NCBI RefSeq assembly: GCF_009914755.1
Contig: NC_060938.1
DNA length: 64,000 nucleotides
Source: the human T2T-CHM13v2.0 reference genome, Homo sapiens
Reading direction: 5' to 3' (one strand)
The notes under the pieces were generated by a model. The model did no database searches. It worked only from the letters and a program-made list of their open reading frames with translations, and was not told where the DNA came from. Shown one piece after another: positions 13,672 to 30,159 of the stretch; position 1 is the first letter of the stretch, and each line of letters opens with the position of its first letter. The position numbers and the translations under genes are program-made.

Positions 13672-14605
13672 TTAAAAGCCTAAAGGAGAACTAACATTTT
13701 ATTCCTTACTACACCTATCTATTGAATGTATTTTGCAAGCCATGTGTAGTTTCAAGGTACAGGAAATGTAGCGGTAAATGAAACAAAGTCCCTGTCCTCA
13801 TATAGCTTATGTTCTAATACAGGTCACAGACAATAAACTAGTAAAATGTATATAAATAATATGATTTCAGAAAATGATACTTTTTTATGGTATTTATTTT
13901 TATGAAAAAAATATAGTCTTGTAGTAATTTGTTATACAATTTTTTCCTGACTACCTTAGCACTACTTGAAGGCAGGGACTATAGCTTATAAATAAACTCT
14001 GCAGCAATAAGCTATGCTCATTGATTGATACATGGTAAATACTTGATAAATGTCTCAATTAAGGAAAGAAAGGAGGAAATAAAGGTAAAAATTCAATACA
14101 TTCAGTAGTTTGATACAGATTACTTACATTACAAGGCAATGTCACATATTAAAGGAAGAAAAACAAAAGGTTTTAAAGTCAGAATAAAATCATTCCTCTA
14201 AAGGACTGTTAAATTCCCTAAAACATGATTTTGGGGGAATAATAAGGTCCTCAAAACTAGCATTCAAAGTATTAAACCATCATTGTTGTGTTAAGTAAAT
14301 TATTTGGCCTCTTGGAGTCTTGATTTTCTTACCAATGAAATAGGAATGAGAGCATAGGAATGAACAGCTCTCATTATAGAAAGGGGTTGTAAGCACAAAT
14401 GAGATAAATTATGATCCTTTGAAAAGTACAAAGTATTACAGAGAAAGCAATAGCATTAATTCTGGCAGCAGTCTGGAATGGAGCAGTAATTCCAGTCATC
14501 TGGAAATACAGGCAGTAGTGAGTCATGGCTATAGACTCAGAGCAGGGAACTGGTTTGGATAAAGTGTGTGACAAGTTGTGGGGGATATTAAAAGGAGCTA
14601 GGCAG

Positions 14606-14910
14606 GGTCAGGCATGGTGGCTCACGCCTGTAATCCCAGCAGTTTGGGAGGCCGAGGCGGGCGGATCACCTGAGGTAGGAAGTTCGAGACCAGCCTGGCC
14701 AACATGGGGAAATCCCGTCTCTACTAAAAATACAAAAATCAGCCGAGCGTGGTGGTGCATGCCTGCAATCCCCGCTACTCGGGAGGCTGAGGCAGGTGAA
14801 TCGCTTGAACCCGGGAGGCAGAGGTTGCAGTGGCCACTGCACCACTCCAGCCTGGACAACAGAGCAAGACTCCGTCTCAAAAAAAAAAAAAAAAAACAAA
14901 AAACAAACAT
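14606..14910 (+). mobile_element. AluS element
   Basis: Full dimer with A tail; TSD GGAGCTAGGCAG at 14594-14605 and 14912-14923. Confidence 0.92.
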
Positions 14911-17900
14911 CGGAGCTAGGCAGGTTCCACACCCAGAGCTAGTGGTCAGGAATCAAATGGCAAGGAATCAAATCTAGTCATACAAGCCACAGTCGGGTCA
15001 AACCTGAAAAGACAGTTGCAGTGACCATGGATCCTCAAGAACAGAATAGGAAGGCAATATAAAGTTTGGTAAACAGTCAGGAATCTGGAAATGTGATGAA
15101 CAAAAAGAAGGATAATGTAAATGAGAGGCCAAATTTGAGATCTTCAAAAATGCAGCAAGGCAGTTTTGTGCATCAGCTCCAGTGTATGTATAAGGATCCT
15201 TTGAAGGAAAGCATTCACTCTTGAGGAGCAGGTGCTCAGGATTACATGATTGAGGTAAGGGAATGTAGGTGGAGCCGAACCAACACTTTCTCCTCAAGAA
15301 AATTCTGGCAATAAATATCTTAGCCAGTTTTTAGAAGAATCTTTCCAGTCATTCATTTTCTAATTGGACAGCAAGATAAAGCTTCATCAAATCTCTAGAC
15401 AAATTTCCCTTGGGACTTATGCCATGTTTTCATGATACCACAAAATATTTTGAAAGTAAAAAAACTCAATCGTCGATGTATGCACTCATTATTAGATCCT
15501 CAGTATGTATGGTTTCAGCTATGAATGAAAGCATTGCCTCCTTTCTTGTTGACCTGAGTTTACTAAGTAATTGGCTAAAGTTAATTAATGAATCAATTGT
15601 ACTGTAGCAACATGCATGTGAATGCTAGGCAAAACCCTCCTGTGGATGGGAGAGAATTACTGTCTTTGGGTAACTGTTTGTTTGCTTTCTATCTCTACAT
15701 TCAAAACTGACCAAGGAATGCCACTAGCTAGACATGTGTAGTGACTACCAGCGAACCTCAGGGAGGCTCACTCAGGACTGGCTACCCCCAGGATGGAGGG
15801 GTGGCATGCCAGTAAGGAACCTGGCCTTAGCAGCAAGTTGGTTTTTTTTCTGCAAGTATCTTCTATTTCTTCTCCAACCAATTTTGTTCCCCTTGGTTCT
15901 TGGGAACCATTATACTGTTAGGTTAATGGATCATTGGTTTATCCACCTGTACATTTCCTGAATTTTGGCCATTCAACCATGCGTTCCTGGTGACTGGGTT
16001 TATAAGTATTAGTTTCCTAGGTCCAACACCACATTTGGATATCTCTTAACTATAAATTGGTGTAGTAACCGTGATATATCGGCATAGAGATGGCTCCATC
16101 CATTAAAAATATATTGGTATTGGTGGTTTCAAAAAATTGTATATTTGTTACTGGCATCTAAAACAAATGAATGGCCAGATACAAAATTGTACAGAACCCA
16201 GATTAGTATCTAATAAAGAATTAATAAAGAATATGAATTAATGTAGATATATCCATTTACATATTAATTGTTTTTTTCAAATTGGCCAAATTTTTCAAAA
16301 CAATTACATATTAAAAACTGAGATATACGGAAATTCTAACTAATAGGTTTATAGTCATTCCTAGGGTAGGCATTAACACTTCTTGGTAAGTTCTGTAAGT
16401 TAATTATAGTTTAACTTCCTAATTAATTAATTCTGTAAGTCAATTTATAGTTTAACTTCCCAGAGGCTTTGGTGTCTTTTTTTACCCTCACTTTAAAATA
16501 CACACAATAGTATATAATATATCACATTTGGTCAACAGTTCAAATTTTTTTATTCTTTAAAGCATGTACAAAAAATATACTAGTTAGAATTCCTGTGAAA
16601 AATTCTAATACAGAGGAATTATATGGCTATGTTTGGAAAGATAATATTTCTTTAAAAATGTGTTTTCTTTATGTTTTATGTTTGCAATAAGGATTATTTA
16701 AGTTTGATTGAAGAACTTCATGATTCTTATGTATTATTTTCTTGTATTGAGAAATAGTGGCCCATTGTTGGGCTGTATTTAAAATTAATGTGTATGAAAC
16801 AAGAAATATTTAATTAGAGTTATTAATTTTCCACAAGTAATATGTGTACTTGACCTAAATCAGTATCTTTTATCATATCAGCCTCACATACAACAAGAAT
16901 AATAGCAAGGACAACAACAACAAATTTGAATGTTTCCTTTGTGCCTATGCTCCTAACTATCATGTTATACTCATTCATATAAACCTAACAATTAATTTGA
17001 AGTTAGACACACAGGATTTACTCATCAGTATTAGAGCATTCGCTGTTATCCAGGAAGAAAACTATCCCTGGTGCTGAAACTGCTCTGTGTAGTCCTTGCG
17101 GTTGAAGAATTAAAAGTCTCTTTTAGACATTTCCTTTCATTGAAATTATGAATTGGATAAGTGTTCATACCTTAAAGGAAGTATTAAATTTCACATATGT
17201 TAACATCTTAATTAATATAAGATTAATATTCTACTTATGACTATGTTTTAATATTGAAAAATGAGTTTATGATGAGTTTCATTAGTTTCTAGAGAAAACA
17301 GTGGTTTAAAAAATTTCAGTCATAAGACATTGAAGAGTCTATGACTGTTCCAGAAATCTGAAAACATATACCACTAATCAAAAGTTTCTCCATTCATGTT
17401 GACTAGCATTTGCCTTAGGTGTCAGAATTAATGGATTTGTGTTAAAAATAAACACCTGAAATCTAATTCCCTAACTACATTATAACACACTTGATTTCAA
17501 GTTCTTAGCTTTTATTTAATGCTTCTAATGACTTTAAATTGTAGCAAAATGGGCTTCCCCCAAGAGCACTGCTTTGTTGATCCTGAGTTGGGGTCCTAAG
17601 CCAGAAGTTAACTATGCTTTCATATATTCTTGCAAGTAGAAGTACAGTGTTGGTGTAAATTCCCCTTAGATGGATAGCTAAGCCCAGAGGAAATAATGGT
17701 AATTGGAACCATATGACCGTATGCAATTCATGTGCATATTTATATCAAGAAAAGAACATTATAGGTCTGGTGAGACCCTATTTTGTTCTGACAATGTCAT
17801 CTGTATTTACATGTCTGTTTCGGGAGTTTGGATGTCAAGGGATTCTGTGCTGGATTGTAAAGCATGGGCTTCTGCTTGATGTAGCTACTCAATTTTGTAT

Positions 17901-19135
17901 TCTTGACTAATAAAGTCATAAACATAATTCAACCTCTGTGTGTGTGCTCTCCTTCCATTAATTTATACTTTAGCAAAAAGTATTGAATGTGTGCGTTATG
18001 TAACAATTTCCTATAAATTATATTAAATGATTTATTAGCTTTATTCAATAAAGTTTTAAGTGTTTTCTTCTATGACTACATTACTTGTTAACAAGAAATT
18101 TCTTTAACTGAAAACTTCAAGGAAGATTATCTGGGTAACTCTTTCAAAAAGAATTGTACCTGTATTTTGGGATTGAATATATTAATTTCTTGTACTGTTT
18201 TAACAGCACATAATTTTACAAGACAAGCCACTTTTTCAAAGCCTGCTTCTCCTCCCATTTTCCCTATCTCGGTGATTGACACCTCCAACCCCTGTAGCCT
18301 GCCTCTGCTCTCTCTTAACCAGTCCTACTGATACTACTTCCTAAGTATTTTTCAGCCCTGTCCTTCCTCTCCATCATGATGGATTCACTTCCAGTTGAAA
18401 TCCTTATGGTACCCTCCCTGGATTATGGCAGTAATCAGAGAGCTGGTCTCCTTAACTCAGGATTCACTTCTTCTCATCTGTTGTTCACAGTGACATCAGA
18501 AAGATATTTTAAAATGATGAACTAGAATTAATTATATAAAACACACATACACACATAAATAATACTTAAATTTTTCAATGATGTTCCAATTATGTAAAAT
18601 ATAATATAGGAGGCACTTTATGTTCTGGCCTCAATCTTTCAATTCAAACTTATCTCCTGCCACTATCTCCTTTGAACATTGTATTCCAGCTACTTTAGAA
18701 TAATAATAATATATAATATTCATAGAGCCCTTCCTGGGTTCCTATCACCGTACAAAATACTTCACATATAACATTTAATCTTTGACAACTTTATTAGGCA
18801 TGCACAATTATTATCTATCTATATATCTATATCTATATATATAAAATCTATATTTTATAGATAAGAAAATAGAGGGTAAAAACTTGCCAAAATTACAAAG
18901 CTTAGAAGTGTAGCAGTTGGGATTTGAATCTAGGCATCCTGCTTCTATAGTCTACAGTGGCTTTCTTGTGCCAAAAGCCTTGCAGTTCCCTAGACTTAAC
19001 ATTTCTCAAAATCTGTGTCTTTCACATGCTCTTCCAATTGTCTGGAAAATCTTTCCCAACCTCAGTCTAACTGTGGTACTCATGTTCACCCCACAAGAAT
19101 TGACTCCATCTGTCCCCTCTCCATGAAAATTTCTT

Positions 19136-19405
<270 letters not shown>

Positions 19406-19476
19406 GAAAGAAAGAAGAAAGAAAGGAAGGAAGGAAGGAAGGAAGGAAGAAAGAAAAAAGAAAGAAAGAAAGAAAT

Positions 19477-19536
<60 letters not shown>

Positions 19537-19551
19537 AAAGAAAGAAAGAAA
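19406..19551. repeat. Compound (GGAA)n/(GAAA)n microsatellite derived from the Alu tail
   Basis: Directly visible tetranucleotide repeats. Confidence 0.95.
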
Positions 19552-20257
19552 GTAAGTTTCCCTGGTAAGGGCTCATGCCTTGGCACTGAGGGCATCTTGC
19601 AAAACTCAAGGATGCCACTTGGCATAGCAGATAGAAAATAATTGTGATATGAGACAGGCCTGAATTGGATTTATGGCTCTATTGCATATTGGTTTTGTGA
19701 TTTTGGGAAAGTCATTTAATCTCTCCGAATTTTAGTTTCTTTAGGGATTAATAGTACCTTTTCCAGGGAGCTGTTATTAGGATGAGACAACGACCAGAAC
19801 ATAGCAAGAATTCATTAGTGCTCTCACCACCCTTCCCCCATTGCAGCCCTCAGTACCTGAATGGCAATCGTGCATCTTCTCATCGGCCTGGAATTGCTTC
19901 CCCTTTCATCTTTGGCTCTGCAGTATTCAGTGTCACTAGTGAAATGTGTGAAATGAATGAATCGACAACTGATGCTTAATACCTAATGAGACAAGTGAAT
20001 GAATCCTTTTGTTCATTTTATGGCCAGAAAGATAGTGTAATTAAGTAATAACAACTGGCAAAAAAGAGAAACTCAACCTATACTTTGTCCTTTTCTCAAG
20101 TAGCATCTAAAACTTTTTCCTTCTGATTAAAAAATTATCACTGAAGGATCTCTTTGAATGTGTCTTGAATTTTATATAAGCAGATGATCACAGCTCAGCA
20201 TAATATTAGAAGATTATATGATTTTAAAAATTGGTTCATAGTTTTATAGTCTTGGAA

Positions 20258-20267
20258 TATCTATCTA

Positions 20268-20299
<32 letters not shown>

Positions 20300-20340
20300 G
20301 GTATCTATCTATCTACCTACCTACCTACTTACCTACCAAT
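20258..20340. repeat. (TCTA)/(TCTG)/(CCTA)n compound microsatellite
   Basis: Directly visible. Confidence 0.85.
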
Positions 20341-21335
20341 CTGTCATCTTCAAATATATTTAGGCTGCTTTCCTGAGGCTAATTTTTTATTCCATTCTTT
20401 CATCTTTTTCAAGATCCTGGTATTCCCTGGTGTATTGGGTCTAGGTATTTATGATTAGGAGAAGAAATGATTCAGTGGCAGCTCCCCAGGATTTTGAATT
20501 ATGAGATATGAAACTAGAAATGGCAACTTAGGTGGATTGTTTGAGAACACTGTGTATTACTGCTTCTGTATCAACTTCTATTCTCCCTTGTTCATACTTT
20601 TTTAACACGCATTTCAAGCACTATATATTGGTGAACATTTGAACCCGAATCATATAACAATAGAAGATGCCATAGTTGGAAAGGCATAAAAGGTCATTCT
20701 AAATGTGTGAACAAATTAGAGAACTACAAAATTAGAGATCATCATAGCTATATTGCAGACAGACTTCATTGCTTTTCACAGAAATTAAGCCATAGATAAC
20801 AATGACAGGTTGAAATAGGTCATGATTTCTAAAAATAATGTCATGTAAATTACCTATCTAAATACATTAAAATATGAATTATTTGAAAAAATGAATAGCA
20901 GGTCCTCAGAATAGCCCTACACATAAGTATCTAATAAAAGCATGAGTTCAAGAGCAGAATGTTAATGAAGCTCCCTGCCTTGGTTTCTTTAATAAGATTT
21001 TCTATTCCGCTTTCTGGAACTATTATGTTCCCATTATAAACTTTGTACCAAGTTAAAAGTAGGGCCCCTTTTGCCCCTTTTTTCTGTCTTCCTGGCTCTC
21101 TAGTCCTAGGAAGTTAAAAAGAGTCAGAAAATCCCATCTTTTCTTCTATGAAGTTTGGGAGAAAAGTCAAGATAGGCTATAAAGTGTTGCACGTGATAAT
21201 CCAAGCATCCTTCTACTGATAGTAGAGTCTCACTATCCTTCCTCAGATATATGCAGTGATGAAAATAGATAATGAGAAAGCATGCATCCAAGTAACTCTT
21301 TGAGTGTATAAGGGCTGATTAAGTTGAAAGAAGAT

Positions 21336-21633
<298 letters not shown>

Positions 21634-21734
21634 CTACTAATCTAAAAAATGCACAGCCTCAGTTCTCAAAGAGTTTATGTTGTAGGATCACGTCAGTTCC
21701 ATATATAATTTGTTTATCACAACTGCACACTGTT

Positions 21735-21943
21735 ACTGAATCTGAAATGCTTCAAAATCTGAAAGTTTTGAGCACTTACATGATGCTCAAAGGAAATGTT
21801 CATTGGAGCATTTCAGATTTCAGATTTTCAAATTAAGGATACTCAACTGGTAAGTATAACGCAAATATTCCAAAATCTGAAAAATATCCAAAATCCAAAA
21901 TACTTCTGGTCCCACGCATTTTCGATAAGGGATACTCAACAAG
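21735..21943. mobile_element. Tigger4/MER46 DNA transposon remnant
   Basis: AAATCTGAAA...GGATACTCAAC motifs and terminal ATAAGGGATACTCAAC typical of MER46/Tigger4. Confidence 0.75.
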
Positions 21944-23678
21944 TATTTTAAAAGATCAAAATAAGGGTAAGAGAATATGGATATTTAAGCTTATGGTTAC
22001 TTACATGGAACAGTTGAGGCCATTAAAAAATGTCTAAGACATAGGCAGTGGAAGGCTGAATTCAAGAAAAAGTCTCAGAGCTGAGGAAACAAAGAACCTA
22101 TGAGGTTAAGGTGTTAAATGAGCCAACCACATGAGTGTGAAAGGGAGGCCAAATGAGAAAATGATGTTGCTTGGGTGTAGAGGAAGTTCTGGAATAAATG
22201 TGGCAGTTGTTAGAAGACATTATAGTTAGAAGACATTATAGTTAGATGGATAGACAGTAAAGAAGGGGCTTTTGTATTAAAATAGAGGAATAGTGGTTGG
22301 GAATAGGAAATATGGAGCTAAAATTATGCCAACCCACTTCTATTAAATAAATTCTATGACACCTTAGCCTTTGGGAAAATGACTAGCCTTCAGTGGAGCA
22401 CATGTCGAGGGAAGCATTGTCCTCATATAGATAGCTGAATTTTAATTAAAGCAAAGAAATGGAGTCAATGTCCTCTAATGAGGTTTCCAGAAGTCACATT
22501 GAAAATATTTGGGAGGGAGGGAAGATTGATTCAGAAGTAAAACACAGAGCAGTATGGAGATATGACACTGGAGAGCATAAATGAGTCGAGTTTTCAAAAA
22601 AATAGAACAAAATTTTTGAAGTTAGTTGCCTATTAGCTTCCCTCACAGTTCTTAGGGAGATATAACTGAAGGCCTCCAAAGAATTTGTGTCTGCCCATAA
22701 GGTACAGAATAAATTTATTTCAAAGATCTCCTCCTCCCAGAGTTGATTATTTGACTTAGGGCAAAAGACCGAATGTAAATAGTAGCGAAACTGTCTCTGA
22801 TATTATTGTAAGGAATAAAATAATTTTGCTTTGTAAATAAAATAGAATATTTTCTAGAGAGAACTGACCCAAACTCAATTTTAGGACTGGTCCTGAAATT
22901 CAGAAATGCCTTTCCCATATTGCCTAACTGTGCCTTTTTCACTGGAAAAAAAGTGCTGCCTTCAGGGAGCACGCCTCCCCAGAGATCAGTAAAATCAATG
23001 AGAAATGCAATGTCCATTTGTCAGTAAAGACATCTGAAGTTTGATGGGTTTCTTGGGACTGGATAACTAGTTAAAGATTCTAAAGAAAAATTAAGTGGGG
23101 CATAGAAACCAAAAATCTCAAGAGATCTTTGAAGAAGGAAACATGAAAAATGAGGACAAATTTAGAGAAATGTTGCTGGCATAGATTTTAACTTCCAGAA
23201 GAAGATGGAAATAGACTACCATGCAAAACAAAAAGACAGAAGAGAATATTAGCACTCTGTTGCAAAGGAGAATAGGTATGCTCTACTGGTAAGTATAATG
23301 CAAATATTCCAATATCTGAAAAAAATCCCAAATCCAAAATACTTCTGGTTCCCTGCATTTTGGACAAGGGATACTCAACAGGTATTTTAAAAGATCAAAA
23401 TACAGATCACAGAATATGGATATTGAAGAATATGAGCAAACGAGAATAAGAAAAAATGTTGGAGGACTTTTAAAAATGTATAAAGGAATTAATGAATGCA
23501 ATTAGTATTATTTTTTAAATCAGTCATTAATAGCCACTCGCCATGATTGCCAACTCCTTTGATGAGTACTAATTTCAAAATTATTAAGGAAAGGCAAATA
23601 TTTAGACTCATACAGGTTAAAAGAAAATATTTTCAAAATTTCAAATTTAAGCTTATAAATGTTCTAATCTACTTTTGA

Positions 23679-24041
<363 letters not shown>

Positions 24042-24844
24042 AGAGTTTTTTTTAACAAGGTTCTTCTCAGCAATTCTAGTATCCAGATATAGGCCCATCA
24101 TAGACATCACACAAGCGTGTACTTCATAATCCTGGTGAATACAGAAGTTTCCTGGACTCCTTGATGAGCTACTGCTTTCGCTCCTATATCAGTGTTTTCA
24201 GCTGATGTCATTTGTGATTGTGTTTCTGACTTTCTGTAGGCAGAAAAAAACTTTCATTTTTTTTGCTTACATGCACATAAATGTAAGCGCTAATTCTTAT
24301 ATTAAACTGTTTATTTCTATAATACTTAATTGGCTGTTTTCCTGGCTGAACCAAACCAAGAGCATAAGGGATGATAACCTTCAAAACTGATTAAATTAGA
24401 GATCAATAAATGGAGCTGTTTTAATTCTATTATTCTTCTTTCATAGATGAAATAGAAAATTTTTGTAGATAGATTTTCTTCGCTGTCTCTTTGGTTACCA
24501 TGAGGTACTGCTTGTAGTGAAAAGGTAGAATAAATACGTTATTCTTTCCCTTTATTTACCATTTTCTATTTATCAGTTACTCTTTTATTTGCCAGTTTTC
24601 TAAGTAGCAATATGGTTTCCTAAAATCCTAGAAAGTACTTGAAGAAATTAAAAATGGATTGACTTTTTAAAAATTAATTTTGGGAATTATTCTCCTGACT
24701 CTTCTCAGTCTGATGAAATTTTTCTGTAAGATGTTGTATTTTTAAGTACTAGAATTTTTTTTAAAGTTTTTATCTCTGCTGAGGCTTCACATCTGTTTGC
24801 TCAATTTTATTTTTATTTCAATCCTTGAGCATGTTTATAATATA

Positions 24845-25488
24845 GTAGTATCCCCTTATTGTGGCTTTACTTTCCTCACTTTCAGTCACCCACAGTCAAA
24901 AAATATGAAATATAAAACTCCAGAAGTAAACAGTTTATAAATTTTAAGTCACACCTTGTTCCGAGGAATGTGATGCAACCTCCCGCCATTCTGCTGTATC
25001 CAGTTCAGGATGTGACATACCCCTTTGCTCAGCAGATACACAATTCCTGCTTCCTGCTCATTAGACATTGGCAGCTGTCTAAGTTATCAGATGGACCTAT
25101 CTCAGTATCGCAGTGTTTGTGTTCAAGTAACCCTTATTTTACTTAGTAATGGTCTCAATATGCAATAGTATTGATGCTGGCAATTCAGATATGCAAAAGA
25201 GAAACCTGAAAGTGCTTTCAGTAACTGAAAAGCAGAAAGTTTTGCACTTAATGAGGAAAAAGATATGCTGAGATTGCCAACATCTAGGGTAAGAACTATT
25301 CCTTTATTGGTACAATTGTGGAAAAGGAAAAATAAATTCTTGCTAGTTTCGCTTTTGTACCTCAAACTTCAAAAGTCACAGACACAGTGTGTAGTAAGTG
25401 CTAATGTAGGGTTCGGTATTATCCATGGTTTAAGACATCCACTGGAGGCCTTCCAAAGTATGCCCCACAGATAAAGAGGGAATACTGT
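24845..25488. mobile_element. MER44 (Tigger7 family) DNA transposon
   Basis: Terminal inverted repeats TAGTATCCCCTTAT... / ...ATAAAGAGGGAATACTG, TA flanks and MER44-like internal sequence. Confidence 0.75.
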
Positions 25489-25634
25489 AGTCTTTTTATG
25501 CTAATTCCAATACCTGCATAATGTATTTATTCTATTGACTGCATGCTTTAACATCATTATAAGCTCAATGATTTAAACATATAAGGTGTGCACCTGCTCA
25601 TTGCAGTCATCATCATCATCATCATCATCATTAT

Positions 25635-25940
25635 TTTGGTTTGTTTGTTTTTGAGACAGATCTTGCTTTATGGCCCATGCTGGAGTGCAGTGGCATAATC
25701 ACAGCTCACCGCATCCTCAGACTCCTGGGCTTAGGTGACCCTGCCACCTCAGCCTCTCAAGTAGCTGGGACTACAGACACAAGCTACCATGCCTGGCTAA
25801 TTTTTTGTTTTCTATTTTTGGTAGACAGAAGGTTTTACTATGTTGCCCAGGCTTGTCTTGAACACCTGGGCTAAAGCAATCCACCTGCCTTGGCTTCCCA
25901 AAGTGTTGGGCTTACAGGTGTGAACCACCGTGCCTGGCTT
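25635..25940 (-). mobile_element. AluJ element preceded by (CAT)n
   Basis: Diverged antisense Alu dimer. Confidence 0.85.
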
Positions 25941-26407
25941 GTGGTCATCAATATTATTGATGCTTATATTAGTTCATGTTTGGAGAGTGGGACTTCCTTC
26001 AAGTTGCCTCTTGGATCCTATGGACACGATCCTAGGGGGTATAAAAGTGTCCTTGCATTCCAGTATGACGAGATGCTCTAGATTGATTTTGCACATTGCC
26101 TGCCTGCAGCCAGAAAGCAGCCATTTCTCCGAGAAGCTTTGGTTCCTTTTAGTGAATGATGACATGGAGAATCCAAAGTTATGGCACCAAGGTGCTTTCT
26201 GCTTCTGTTTTATTTAATGCTTCCAGGACTTTTCAGTGGATAAGTCTAAAAGATAAGTGTATTTTTTAATAAAAATTTATAACTTTTAAACAAACCTTTC
26301 GGTTAACAGTCTTGATTAGAGGATTTTAATTATGCTCAGAGATATTACATCTGTATCTTCTTCTATTTCATTAGAAAAGTACCAGTTTTCAATGTCACAC
26401 CCATAAT

Positions 26408-27396
<989 letters not shown>

Positions 27397-28277
27397 CTAA
27401 TCATTTTTTTAAAATCCTGCAATATAAGACAAACCAATAGCCTAAGACTAAAAATACAGCCTTCTGAAAAATAATAAGCAATCTGAGATTATTTTTGTGC
27501 ATTATTTTGTTCTTAGGCTATATTTCATCATGAATATACAGTCATATTATTGCTTTTTAAAGTCAGTGTAATTCTGATTGACAGATGACATAAATATATT
27601 GATTAGAAAATAAAATGTTATTTTCCAACCATTCCTAGACAGTGTTCTAACATGACTAACTTTAATTGCCAGAAGTAAAAGCTTTTATTTTACATGATTA
27701 CACTTCATTGTACTAGAATATATCACAATCTCTATTTCCTTGAGACAAACAGTTTCCCTAATATGGTATTATAAAACTGTTTAAACATATAAAAATGTTG
27801 TGGGAAGTGCATATTTATAGTCCAACCACTTAGATTGTACAATTATCATTTTGTTATATTTGCTTTACTACATATCTCTCACTCTATCCACCATTCTATC
27901 CAATTATCAACTCACCGTTTCTTATTTATGTCAAAGTATATATTTTTCTTACATACTTAACATATGTAGCATTATTGTTCAGTATTTGTGTACAGCTCAT
28001 TTTTTTTAAGTTACTAAGGTTTTTTATTAACACCTCAGAGTAGAGGTTATGAAAGGACCCTGAATTGTTCTAGGAATTTTCTTCAGTGAGCATTTGTGAA
28101 GACTCGGGGATCAAGGTTGGGTTAAACTTTGTGATGGGTCCATTGGCAGTCTAGTCACAAGCACCTCCTCGATCCTTAGGTCCCAGCGGAAAATGATGCC
28201 AGACTCTTAAACTGCCACAAGGTAGCCTGGAAAGAACTCTACAGTCCAGAAAGAGCCTGGAAAGTGGTTTTGTGAGA

Positions 28278-29198
28278 TGAAATTTACTCCTGGTGAAAAT
28301 GCTGTGAATATTGTTTAGCCTACAACAAAGGATTTAGAATATTGATAAACATAGTACAACAGTGGCAGGGTGTGAGAGGACTGACTCCAATTTTGAAAGA
28401 AGTTCTACTATGGGTAAAATGCTTATCAAACAGTATCGCATGGTACACTGAAATCTTTCGTGGAAGGAAGAGTCAGTTAATGTGGCAAATTTCATTGTTT
28501 TCTTTTAAGAAATTGTGACAACCACTTCAATATTCAGCAACCATCGCCCTTATCAGGCAGCAGCCAACAACATCAAGGCAAGACCCTTCACCAGCAAAAA
28601 GACTAAGACTCCCTGAAGGCTCAGGTGATCATTAGCATTTTCAGCAATAAAAGATTTTTCTATTTTTTCTTTGTTTTAAATAATTGAGCTTCAAGTAAGG
28701 GCAGCAAGTAGTTTTTCTTCTTTTTCTTTCTGTTTTTCTTTTTTCTTTTCTTTTTTTAAAGACGTGTTTTGCCATGTTGTCCAGGCTGGTCTTGAACTCC
28801 TGAATTCAAGTAATCAACCTGTCTTGGCCTCCCAAAGTGATGGGATTACAGGCATGAGCCACCGAACCCAGCCAGCATCAAGAGTTTTAAAATTAAGGAC
28901 ATAACGCCATTTCACACTTTAAATAGACTATAGTGTAGTGTAAACATAGCTTCTTTTTTTAAATAGAGACAGGATCTCCCTATATGCCCAGGTTGATCTC
29001 ACAATTCCTGGGCTCAAGTGACCCTCCCGCCTCCGTCTCCTAAAGTACTGGGATTATAGGCATGAGCCATCACACCCAGCCAATATAACTTCATATTCAC
29101 AAGGAAACAAAACAATTTGTGTGACTCACTTTGTAGCAATATCTGCTTTATTGTGGTGGTCTCGAATCAAATCTACAATATCTTTGAGGTATGGCTGT
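28278..29198 (+). mobile_element. Tigger1 3' portion interrupted by two Alu monomers (FLAM-like, ~28730-28873 and ~28953-29082)
   Basis: Tigger1-like GACTCCAATTTTGAAAGAAGTTCTACT, GGCAAGACCCTTCACCAGCAAAAAG and terminal GAGGTATGGCTG. Confidence 0.75.
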
Positions 29199-29261
29199 AC
29201 TTTCTAAGCATTTCCTGAGTCAGCCTACTTTTTCTCCATTTTTATTGTCACTATTCTATCT

Positions 29262-29558
29262 ATTTTTTGTTTTGTTTTGTTTTGTTTTCTTGTTGTTGTT
29301 TGGAAACAGGAACTTGCTGTGTCACCCAGGCTGGAGTGCAGTAGCACGATCATAGCTCACAGCAGCCTCGATCTCCTATGTTGAAACCATCCTCCTGCCT
29401 CAGGCTCCTGAGTAGCTGAGACTACGGGTGCATGCTACCACACCTGGCTCATTTTTAAAAAGATGTTTTTAGAGATGGGGTCGCATGATGTTGCCCAGGC
29501 TGATCTGGAACTCCTGGCCTCAAACAATTATTCCACCTCAGCCTCCTGAGTAGCTAGG
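29262..29558 (-). mobile_element. AluJ element
   Basis: Diverged antisense Alu with (GTTTT)n tail. Confidence 0.8.
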
Positions 29559-30159
29559 GTCGATCCATTGTTGAAGAGTACATGGATGTTATTTTGCAGA
29601 CTGTCAACCTGAATTTGTATTTGCTTGACATTGCCTAATTATTAGTTTCAGTTTCAGCTTACCCACTTTTTGTCTGCAACATGCAGAAGAGACAGTGCCC
29701 TTTTTAGTGTATCATATCAGGAATCATCTCACATTGGTTTGTGCCATTACTGGTGCAGTGACTTTCAGCCACTTGGGTAAGGTGGAGTTGGCCATATGTC
29801 TCCACTGCAAAATTACTGATTTTCCTTTTGTAATTAATAAGTGTGTGTGTGAAGATTCTTTGAGATGAGGTATATATCTCACTCTTCATCAAACTATAAG
29901 TTTTTTTAAGTAAAAGAAAATTTATTATGAAACTAAAGGAATAAAAGAATGACCACTCCATAGGCAGAGAAACGTCACTTTAAGGTTTTGACGTCAGTTG
30001 ATTTTTGTCCAAATCAATAATTACTGCAATGATTGAAAAATGATTATTACTAAGTTTGTTTTCATTGTCTCAAGGTCTGCTGAACTCTGGATCCAGGCTG
30101 TGTCAACAGGGTAGTGTGGTGCCTCCTGTACCTGTCTTGGCCTCCTACAGTCCTTTTTA

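Noticed and set aside
15465-15560. Possible C/D snoRNA ending in CTGA
   Set aside because: No proper C box or terminal stem.
17500-18060. 3'UTR-like stretch with two AATAAA signals on +
   Set aside because: No associated coding exon, poly(A) tail or TSD recognised; AATAAA is common in AT-rich DNA.
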